DNA of 64,000 bases from Guillardia theta CCMP2712 (taxonomy: Eukaryota; Protista; Cryptophyta), in assembly GCF_000315625.1 (NCBI RefSeq), contig NW_005434512.1:45952-109951 (forward strand). Direction: 5' to 3'. The notes beneath the pieces were generated by a model, which was not told the origin of the DNA, searched no databases, and worked only from the letters and a program-made list of their open reading frames with translations. Within the stretch, counting starts at the first letter, position 1. The number at the start of each line of letters is the position of its first letter. Both the position numbers and the translations under genes were made by a program. Positions 1 through 10,600 of the stretch are shown here, in pieces.

Positions 1-2982
1 GGGCGTCCAAGTACAAGGTGCAGTACGCGGACGACAGCGAGTGGGTGTCGTGGCCGAGTGAGTTGCAGATCGATATGGACACGTCGCTCGAGCATGTCGT
101 CATCGACATCGACGACATCGAGGTTCGCAGCTACACGCGGATCGCTCGGGATGCGGAGAAGAAGCGAGCGGTCGTGAGCTTCATTCCAGTCCCTCACTTC
201 TCCGAGTTTCCTTCGCGCTCGTTCGGGTCCAAGAGGGTGAGGATGTACCGGTTCAAGACGGGGGAGAACCTCCTAGCCGACAAGCGAGCCTCCGTCATGC
301 TCCTCCCTCCCGTCTGCCTGAAGCCTGCCGCCTCCTACGCCTTCTTCAACGCCCTCAGCAACGAGCCGCTTCCCGACGCCTCCATCGAGTTCACCAACCT
401 CTCGACCAACACCCGCCACGTGTTCCGCGAGGGAGAGCAAGTAAGCCTCCCCTCCGAGGGCGTCTACAAGACCATCGCGCGAGCGTGTGGGGGCAGCGGG
501 TACCCCTGGACGTCGTTGATGTGGCATACTGTAAACTATGAGGAGAAGTGGGGGGAAGGGGAGGGCGAGCAGAAGCTCTTCTTCAGCAGGCACCTCAAGA
601 GCAAGCGACAGCTCCGCGTCCTAGTCTCTTGGCGCTCCAGTCACGTCCTGCTGGACTCGCACGTGTACACCAGCGCGAGTGACCACGTGAACTGGGCGAA
701 CTCTGGGGTGAACGTGAACGGGATTATGATAGAGAACGACTCGATGCGAGCCAACGGGCCTGAAGTGACTCTGATCCGAGTCAAGAGCCACCACTCTTAC
801 CTCTTCTCCCTCTCCTGGGCCACTGACATCCCTGGTTACCAGCAGCAGCCCAGCTGGTCTCTAGCAGCGCCCAAAGTTTCCTTGTACGATACCAACGGTC
901 TGTTTGCGGCGTTTGTTCTGCCGGAAGCGTCGGAGGAGGAGGACGGGCACTGCTGGTGGCATGTGTTCGCCATCAACGGCAACGAGTGGGACAGACCCTC
1001 CCACGGCCTCACGCGACTGAACGCGCTCTCGCCGGAGGAGATGCCTCAGGTGACGTCGCGGTTGGCATGAGAATGGGGGAGCATGACTGACTCTTGTTGC
1101 TCTCAGCTCGCGGTTCCTGCCTTCAACATCGTGGAGCATGCGGAGGAAGCTTGTTGGAGGCTCTTCATCCAGGACGTCAACCACATGCTGCTGGGCAAGC
1201 CCTTCGACTTCCCCGTCCTCAAGCCCAGGGAGCCTGCGGACGTCTCTTCCATCCGAGGATGCACGCTGCTAGGCCTGCTGTGCTCCCACAACGAGGGCCG
1301 AGAGTCCTCCCGTCGAACCTCTTGGTACGATGACGAAGCAACGGTGGACGATCACCTCGCAGCTCTACGAGTACGTGCCTTGTGCCCTTGCCTTGTCTTG
1401 CCTTGTCTTGTCTTGTCTTGTCTTGTCTTGTCTTGCCTTGCCTTGCCTTGTCTTGTCTTGTCTTGTCTTGTCTTGCCTTGTCTTGTCTTGCCTTGCCTTG
1501 CCTTGTCTTGTCTTGTCTTGTCTTGCCTTGTCTTGTCTTGTCTTGTCTTGCCTTGTCTTGTCTTGCTCAAGGCGTCTGCAGACGTTCATCAAGTGGACCA
1601 CGGAGGAGCGACGCGACAAGGTAGCTGGAGGGTCAGCATGGCGAGCAGCCTGACAAGCGAGCAGACCTCATCGGAGCTTGACGGGCTGCCGTCGGAGGCA
1701 GTCTTCTCCAGGGAGTGTAGGATCCTGGGCGTCACAGACTGCTTCATCTTCCGAGCTGTTTCCACCTGCACTCCAGCTGTGGCTGTCGAAGTTCTCAGCA
1801 TCCTCGGAAACGTGGTCAAGCGACCGAACGGGTGCGGCCTGAAAGAGCTGGGAAGGCGGTGACGTCATCGTGCAGGGCCTTCTACCGCACCTTCTTGAGC
1901 GAACATGGCGAGCTCCTCCTCGATCACTGCATCAGGTTCCGGCCTCCACAGACCATGCTCAAGGTGGGAATAGGAGGTGGCAGTGGTGTAGAATGAGGAG
2001 GAGGAGGAGGAGGAGGAGGAGGAGGAGGAAGGGCATGTTGCAGCTGCTGATACCTACGGCAGATCTTGCAAGCACTGCAATCCATCGAAGCGATTGTGGA
2101 GCGAAGGAGCAGCAAGAGGGTGATGAGGAGAGACGTTGTCTCTGTGGAGTGGCCTCCCTCCTCCTCCCGCTGGTGCTCGGCTACAGTCTACCGCGTCCAC
2201 AAGGACTCGTGCCAGGTGCTCGCCCCTCGGATCTGACTTGCCCAGTAAGTCCGTGGCAGGTGCTGCTGATGGATGCGGAGGGGAGGAGGAGCTCGGCGAC
2301 TCAGAGCGGCTCGCTGGAGGAGGTCGGGCAGGAGCTCGTGCATGACGACCTGGTCGCTGCCGAGGTTTGCCCCCTCTTGCTCTCCCTTTGCTCCCTCTTG
2401 CTCTCCCTTTGCTCCCTCTTGCTCTCCCTTTGCCCCCTCTTGCTCTCCCTTTGCCCCCTCTTGCTCTCCCTTTGCCCCCTCTTGCTCTCCCTTTGCTCCC
2501 TCTTGCTCTCCCTTTGCTCCCTCTTGCTCTCCCTTTGCTCCCTCTTGCTCTCCCTTTGCCCCCTCTTGCTCTCCCTTTGCTCCCTCTTGCTCTCCCTTTG
2601 CTCCCTCTTGCTCTCCCTTTGCTCCCTCTTGCTCTCCCTTTGCTCCCTCTTGCTCTCCCTTTGCCCCCTCTTGCTCTCCCTTTGCCCCCTCTTGCTCTCC
2701 CTTTCCCTTCACTGACCAGCCCCCAGCTCGTCTCTGTTTCTCTCAGCCGCATACGCTGGATCAGCCCGGCGCTCATCCGGGCCAAGACTCTACAGCACAA
2801 GTTCGTCCTGCCCTCCTCGCATGCTTCTCATGCTTGACCGGCCTCGCAGGTTCTCGCAGAAGGTGAAGGGGATGGACATGTCGCACAGCACAGGCTTCCT
2901 ACGCGAGCACAAGCAGACCATCAAAGCAGAAACTTGCTACAAGAAGGCCGTCGCCCTCCTCTCGGAGTCAAGCTCCGGCTAG
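1..2982 (+). CDS. 3' part of a multi-exon uncharacterised protein with a YfaP/DUF2135-like segment; 5' end is outside the window
   Basis: Open frame to a GT donor at 1050 and AG acceptor at 1106, then further short exons, ending ...KAVALLSESSSG* (TAG 2980-2982). LRVLVSW...LDSHVY...NDSMRANGPEVTLI resembles the YfaP/DUF2135 pattern (by eye only). Confidence 0.6.
1386..1566. repeat. (CTTGT/CTTGC)n pentamer microsatellite inside an intron
   Basis: Visible directly; it generates the spurious CLVLS/KTRQD ORFs. Confidence 0.95.
2370..2703. repeat. 21-bp minisatellite (CCCTCTTGCTCTCCCTTTGCY), ~16 copies, intronic
   Basis: Visible directly; lies between a GT donor near 2365 and an AG acceptor near 2726. 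Confidence 0.95.
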
Positions 2983-3063
2983 GAGGGGAGCCGGTGATGG
3001 GGTAGAAGGGGAGAGACTGGAGACTTGTAAAGACCTTGATGGGATACACAAAGAGACGAAAGA

Positions 3064-5036
3064 CTAGTCGGGGTTCACACCTTCACCCCGAGAGTCTCTA
3101 GCTTCGTAGGAGGAGTCGGCTGAGTCGGCTGAGTCGGAAAGTTCTGCAGAGATTGTCAGAAGCTGGTGGTGCAGGGGAAGGGCGAGAAACGGAGAGGGAA
3201 GGGCAAGGGCAACACGAGGATGAGCGAGAGAGAACATGAAGGAGGAAGGATGCGGGAGAGGGACCTGTCCATGGATGATGTTGCCTTGAGCATCGATCAT
3301 GTTCTCTCCTGACCAGCCACTACATTGCAAACGTCAGCTACGTAGCGAGCAAACGCCGCGACAGACCGAGAAGGCGTCGCTGCATCGGTGAACGGCTCTC
3401 CTGTCCGCTGGATGTCGGAGCGAAACGTCAGCCCCTTGTCCACAAGATCCTGTGGCTCGGTGGCCACATCACCAAGCCCCCACACGTTCTGCATGTACTA
3501 ACACTGTTAGTGGAGAAAGGGGAGCGAAGGTAGAGAAGAAGGCAGGAAGGACGAAGATGAAGAAGGAAGGCAGGGGGAAAGCAAAAGACGAGGGAAGGGA
3601 AGTCAAGGCAAGACCTTCTCGTAAGTTTCCTTGTTCTTGTTGTGGTGGTAGGCGAGTGTTCCGGAGTCTCCGAAAAGCAGCTTGAGGTTCTTGGTTGAGT
3701 TCGCCTCCCAGTCAGCAAAGTGATCATGATCTGGCGTGCGCAGCTCGTCATGCTGTGCCTCGATTTGCTTGGCATACTCCTGCTGGGGAACGAAGTTGTC
3801 ACCCAAGAGCTGCGCGTCTTTGCTGGAGTTCCAGAAGCGACCCAGCAGGAGCTCTTTGTTCTCCTTGCCATCGGGATCCCACCCCTGCGACTTCATCGCG
3901 TGATTCTGGTAAGCCCACGGCGAGTCCGGCATGGACCCGTAGTCCCACTTCTTCGCTTCTGCTGGCTGCGCGTGGTCCTTGCCGTCTCTTCCCCACTGGT
4001 GCTTCGTGGATCCCTCGTTCATGTAGGCAATGGAGTTGACATTCACTCCTCGGCTAGCGAGCGGCGAGTCGTTGTCTTGATGCTTCCCGGCTGAGAAAGG
4101 TGTCGCCTCGAACGCAGGCAGCGTTCCGTTCATCCCCTGCACAGTCTCGAGCCCCTCCATGTCATCAGCCTTGTGCTCCTCGGCGTTCCAGGGGGCAGGG
4201 AAGTTGGAAGGGTTCAGCACGGAGTCCTTCCATCGTACGAAGTTGTCGGTGAAGTCGCGAGTCATCTCCCTGCTAATCGAATCTGACACCTTCTGCCCCG
4301 TGGTCGCCGACTTGGGGAGGTCACGGAGGGGAGCGAGCGAGGGGTCCAGAGGCGTGCGGACGGTGGGGCCCAAGGGAACTCCGATGCCGTTGCCCATGAC
4401 AACCATCGTATGGTTCGCTGCCTCCCAATCCTTCACGTCCTCTGGGACATACCGCACCCGACAGTCCGTGCCAACACATGCCTTGACGTGCTTACCCGCC
4501 AGTTTGACTTGCTTCACGCTGCTAAAGGGTTTGCGCTTTGACAACTTCACTTGAGCAGGAGATTCAGCAGACGGAGAGGTGAGGCTGGAGTCAGGAGACA
4601 AGCTCTTGAACGATCTAGAATAATCCCCTGCTTTGATCGATTCCTTCATGGCAAAGATTCTAGCTTTCCGTGCCTCCATCTCTTCTCTCAGAACTTTGTT
4701 CTTCAACTTCTCATTTTCCAGCAGAAGTTTCGCGTTCTGAATCTGAATCACGCGATTCCTCTTCGCCTCCTCTGCAAGCCTCTTGGCCTTCCTTTCGCTC
4801 AAGACGTACCTCTCCTCTGCTTTCTCCTCTTGTTCCAGCAGTCGGTCCTCCTTCTGGAGCTCTTGGTTCTTCTGCTTCATGAGAGTAGCCTGCTGTCTGA
4901 TGTAGGCCACCGTCACATCCTTGAGAATCGTAGTTTCCTTGTTCCGCAGGAGAATGAAGCAAGTGCATACCAGAGCGATCATCAGGGCAAGAGATGCGAA
5001 CGCCCATCTTCGTGGCATGTTGAAGGTGGACGACAT
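3064..5036 (-). CDS. Uncharacterised protein with an N-terminal signal anchor and coiled coil (multi-exon)
   Basis: 477-aa ORF 3603-5036 with a hydrophobic N-terminus (WAFASLALMIALVCTCFILL) and an E/K-rich coiled coil. Downstream exons end ...RGEGVNPD* at 3064. Confidence 0.7.
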
Positions 5037-5491
5037 GCTGGCTAGAGCTGAGATTTCCTCTTCCTCTTCCTCTTCCTCTTCCTGTTCCTGTTCCTGTTCC
5101 TCTTCCTCTACTGCATGAGGCTGCCGCGAAGGGTCACGATCTCATACAGCACAAACCCTCCCCTGTGAAAAATAAACTTTCTTTCCAATATCTTTCCTCA
5201 AATTTGAATTTTCGCATAAATATTGAAATTGTTAAAATGTGATGAGGCGGACCCACTGGACAAGTACGAAGATGAACTGCAACTTCACAGTAACGTGAGA
5301 TCTAAAGGATGAGATGAATGAGGCAGATGAAGAAGAGTATGGCAGAGAGATCGCAGAGAGATGATGATTCTTTTCACTTCCATTTTCATTTTAAGAAGCT
5401 TTGCAATCTGAAAATTAGTTTGAGACTGAATATAAATACAACTTCACTTATGTTCTGCAGCTGATGTGCTGTTTCCTTAGATCAGGAGCGA

Positions 5492-6305
5492 TTACTCCTT
5501 CCCAACGCCCGCACACGCGGTCAGCATCGTAGCCATCGACTCCTTCCGCATGCGCAGAGCTGCTTGTGCCTGTCGCTCAATCAGACGAGAAAGAGCAGAG
5601 GATAAGATTGGAACCACCTCTGTGACTTCCTGGAACATGGACTGGAACTTGGGCCTGATGCGGACAAAGTGAGTAGGTGAAGAGAACGAGAGAGAGTGGG
5701 GCGGGGAGAGGGAGAGGGAGAGGGAGAGGGAGAGGGAGACACCTGAGCTGATCGTTGTCTTGGTCCAGCGCTGCTAACATCTCTACCAGCCTCTTCTTCT
5801 CAGCATTCTTCACATCCATCCTAAGAAATCTTCACCTTGCACCACTCACTTCACCTTCTCCTTCACCTGCTCTTTCTCGCAAGATCTTCCGGACTCAGCT
5901 CAGACACTGTGACACCACCACCAGCTTCCGGTTGCGACGCGATCATGCTCTGAAGTCGCGCAAGTTTGTCTTCGAGATCAGCTTGGAACACAATGACACC
6001 AAACTCCTCCTGCAGGAATCTGATCAAACAAGACTGCAAGACGGTAAGAGATGCACACCTCGGTATTGCTCCTTGTCATGGAGATAAGTTGATTGTAAAG
6101 TTCAAAGAGATAGTCGCGATGTTTGGTTGAACATTCTTCACCGAATTCCTCAAGAAACGTTTCGAAAGGAATCTCCTCGAACGTCTTATCTAGAACCTTC
6201 TTGAACGCCTGATGCGATTCAGTAACAAGCTCAGGCCTTGGCGTCCTAACTCACCTCGTGAAGACGCCGTAATCGAATCCGCAAGTCTTGTGGCTGGCTT
6301 GGCAT
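5492..6305 (-). CDS. Nnf1/PMF1-like kinetochore (MIS12 complex) protein, multi-exon
   Basis: Manual splicing gives MPSQPQDLRIRLRRLHE|AFKKVLDKTFEEIPFETFLEEFGEECSTKHRDYLFELYNQLISMTRSNTE|EEFGVIVFQADLEDKLARLQSMI... and then a coiled coil (MDVKNAEKKRLVEMLAALDQDNDQLR). This matches the Nnf1 pattern by eye. Confidence 0.6.
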
Positions 6306-7306
6306 ACCCACACTTCAACTGCACAGGGCATTTGAGCATAAAGCGACAATGTCATAGACATTGTCTGTCATGGAAACGATGGCTTCTATTCTGATGTGGA
6401 TACAAATGCTAACTCAAACATACATCTCTATGTGCGTGTACTGAAGATGAAATTTGACGAAAAAGAAAAGCTTTGGTTCTGATATCATTCTTCCTATAAC
6501 CTCTACTTCACAATAGTTTTTGTGTCTGCTAGCTCAGATTGATGTGATTCATCTCGTGCATTCGACTAGCAACATCCAGGCTGCGTGTGTAGAAACATTT
6601 CAAACATCAAATGCAACGTATATTCAGCTGTCTCCGTCGTCTCGACACTATCTTGATCTCCTGATCTTTCTCATCTTCCTCCTCCATTTCTCGCAAAAAT
6701 TCAATGCTCTGTCCCCTCGATCTTTCTCCCGCCCTGCATGCCTCTACCCACCATCGTCATGTTTCTAGAACTCCTCTCAACACTGATCTTGTCCTGTTGA
6801 GTTGCTCAGTCATATCTCATGCAATGCTCATCTCACTTATCTCGTCTCATTTCCTCATCACTCTTCACCTCTCTTCTTCTCTCACTTCCTTGCTCATATC
6901 GCTGGCTCTCGCTCTCTTCCACTTCCCTCCATTGAGCCCTTCAGCATTTCGCTGTTACGATTCAAATCTTCTTGTCACCCCACCCACCCCACCCTACCGA
7001 CAGTGTATGATTGACATATCACCCCCCTTAAATCCACTATTTGTTACCACAAAGTCCATGGGGGGGTTTGAAGAATTCTCTACCCCCACCCCCATTTTGT
7101 TTTCCGAAGGTAACCCTCTGTACCCCCGAAATCTTTCACCCTACCCATTCCTGGAAGTCAGTATCGACTGTGATGGAGGGGTCATGTGAGAGGGAATGTG
7201 ACGACAAAGAGGGGTAGGGGTAGAGACGCTGTAGGGACGCTGAACTAAACCTCTGAACAAAATGGCAGAATGGCGGGAATGGTGCGAGAAAAATCCAACC
7301 AAGAAT

Positions 7307-7405
7307 GCAGAGCAGAGCAGAGCAGAGCAGAGCAGAGCAGAGCAGAGCAGAGCAGAGCAGAGCAGAGCAGAGCAGAGCAGACAGCAGACAACAGCAGACA
7401 GCAGA
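7307..7405. repeat. (GCAGA)n microsatellite
   Basis: Visible directly. Confidence 0.9.
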
Positions 7406-7645
7406 CACCAAGATCAATGGAAGAGTAGAAAGAAAGTGAAAGGGAAAATAAACATAGAAATCGAGATCAAGCGAAGAGGAAGAGGTTGTCCCATAGGCAA
7501 AGGCGCTTTTCATGCAAAGGATGTATGGACAAGGATACAATGCCCTATTGAAGTTTCGAGGAGGAGATGGCGAGATGATTGTATGTAGCACCATCGTATG
7601 AATCGTTTTGATGATCTTTTTGTTGATTCATGCTCATAGGCCATG

Positions 7646-10600
7646 GCATGGAACGCCGGACCAGCCATGATTGCCGTCAACAAGGAAGGCTTGCAGGGCA
7701 GGTGTGGAGTAGGCGGCGGTGCGGCATGGAAGAGAGTTGCTGGCAAAGTAGACAGCCGCATGCATGCTCGAGGAAATTTATATGCGCAGCAAGACCTTGG
7801 GAAAGTGAGAGACGAGGAGCAAGAGCAGTACTTTGGCGACGGATGGGGCAAGGGACACGCGTGGCCTGAAGGGGGACAACACAGGAAAGAGAGTTTCCAG
7901 AGAAATGCAGGATGGATTTATGATGGAAGGAGTACCAAGGAGGAGGGAGGTGGTCACGGTGCTGCGGTGGAAGAACAACCCGCCGTCGGAGCACGAGCGA
8001 TCCTGCAGGTGTTCCGCAGCATGCAAAAGATGCCTGGCGAGATCAGAGTGGGGCACACGTGAGGACTGAGAGGGTTCGCTACTGTGAGGTGACGGAGATG
8101 CTGTAGATTTACCATGGGAAGAGACAAGGGATGCAGCGTGCCGTTGGACTGGGATGGAGTGTCGCGGCATCACCTCACGATTCAGGTCATTGGCCCGCAA
8201 AGAGGCTGCAGCTAGTCGTGCGAGTGACAAGTCGACAGGCGTTGGAGTCACCAGACGAGGCAATCCGATGGTCTCTCAGTGAGGAGAGATACCTCACAGT
8301 AGTGATACATCCTTAGGTTCATTCTCTCCCATGGAACTAACGGCACCTTCGTGAACGGGAAGAAAATCGCAGATTCTTCCCAGTGGTTGTGTTGAATCCA
8401 CACCCGATTGTCAGCTCTGACCTGTTTGTAACTTCAGTGCCCTGAAAGACGGGGATGTAATTGGTCTTGGAAAGGGAAGGTGAACTCGAGCATCGCTGAA
8501 CCTCAACAAGTAACCTCTCCTCACAGGATAGTCAAAGTTGATGGACGCATCGAAGAGAAAGAATTACTCTATCAGGTAGCCGGTCGACCACAAAGAAGAA
8601 TTCTTTCTCGATTGTTGAGAGCTGATCGTTCTTCTTTCAAATACCAGTTTGTTTTCCGCAACCCTTTTGAGAACAACTCATCCTACGTTCCACCGCAAAA
8701 CGGCCGAGTATACACGACGCCAGGTATTCTCTCCTCTACTTTCACGATGCGTATCTGATTCATCTCATCAGCTTCATCTCAAGACGACGACAAGGGCGAG
8801 ATCAACTTTCCTTGTAAATCTGCTGTCTTCCAGCCCTCCTGGTGAGAGAGGCTGTTGCATCCGTGCAGAACTTACCTGTAGCAGGTACAAGAATATAAAG
8901 ACACCAGGCAGGAGTCTCAGGTTGCAAGATTACGAAATCGAGTCACCGCGTTGTTTACTTCCTTCCAGCAACTTGCGCCTTGAGCTGGACTACGTTTACA
9001 GCTTCTCAAGTGGTGGACGGTTGTTCTAGAGACCAGTATCCCCGGCAGTGACGATCCTCGCAGGGACCCCGCGGATGTTCGCAGCAACGTCAAGTACTTG
9101 ATTGATGGGAGGATCGTTTACCCCGCCGGGTCCATGGGTGTCGTCTTCGACCCCATCTCAAACACGCAGGTGAAGTCGCATGTGACATCACGTGGAGGGT
9201 GACACGGAGGTTTCAAGGAGTACTTCACAGACCATGACGGTTTCATCAATGTCCTAGCGTTACATCCAAACAAGGTTGGAGGCAACGCCGCGCGAGCGGG
9301 TTTCTCAGCTCGATCCTCGGGGCTGACAAAGGATGCAGAGGATCGTAGCAACGGGAGGAGTCGCCACCTGGTCGAGAAGAACAGTGAGGTCGAATGCAGC
9401 GAAAAAGTCTCGTGACGGGATGAGCAGGCAGAAAATAAGCCCAGCGTCAGCATCTTCGTGTGGGACTCTTGTGGGCCAGGGGGTAAACCGACACGGATCA
9501 GCAAACCCTTCGCGAGGCAGCACGAGGCGTCGCTGCAGGTGCCTCACTGCTTCTTCATGGCCGACGCTCACCGCGTCTCCTTGCAACGCAGGCGATGTCG
9601 TTCTCGACGTCAGGAGAGAAGCTGGTGACGGTTGGAGGCGACTCGAAGAACAAGTCTCGCGTCATCGTCTATGAGGTTATTGGTTGCCGTCAACTCTCGA
9701 GGGGCGTGTTGACGTGGGTTGGCTGTAGTGGGTGAAGGGGATCGTGCAACCCGGCATTGTGTACGAGACGTCAGGTACCTGCTGGGCCCCGCCCGCTCCC
9801 TCTCATCGCCCTTGTCATAGAGATTGGCATCATCAAGACTGAGATGGGACTTGCCATCATCCCGTCTGGCGGACAGGCAAGACTGATCCTCCTTGTCGTT
9901 ATCCTGACCTACAACAGACCACATGGTTGCTTGAACACAATCCTTTTGTGCTGGAATCGAAGAAGAAGCTCTCAGATGATGTTATGTCTGCTCAAAGGAA
10001 TGTGTGAGTTCCTTTCAATCAGAGCTGAACGCTCCTCTCATATCTTCCTCAGCTACTGGGACTCTCCTCCGATCTTCGATGAAGACGGCTTGCACTTTGC
10101 ACAGGTACAGCTTGACTCTCCATTGTTGACCTAGAAAGTCACCCGAGACTGTCAGACTGTCGATCGTCTGAGTAGAGTCTGGAACTACAAGAAGGTTGGC
10201 CCCTCTCGCCGTCGTTTAATCTGAACTCCAGCAGTTCCACAAAGACCCGACCAAGTCGATGGTCACGATGGGAGGTACCAGGAGGGGTTTCCCTTGACTT
10301 CTAGCTGATGCTTGCGACAAGGCGTCATGACTCCCCAGCGCGCTTACTCGATCGCCTGGATTCCTCCGTCTTGGTTCCCTTCCAGTCAGGCTCCTCTCAA
10401 GGCTGTTCCTGCCATGGGGCTCCAACTCGGCGACATCTTCATGTTTGACAAGGTGCCAGACACGTTCGCCTGCTGGAGTAGCTGAAGTGATGCTGGACAA
10501 GGTTGGCTCGGATTACACAGTGATTCACAAGATCGAGCAAGCTCACTCGGGCGAGGTCGTGAGGGCTGAGCTGGTTTAGCCAAGTCGACTGACGGGCGAG

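Noticed and set aside
1330-2866. Repetitive ORFs (CLVLS, KGEQEGA, PSCSPFA)
   Set aside because: Translations of intronic micro- and minisatellites.
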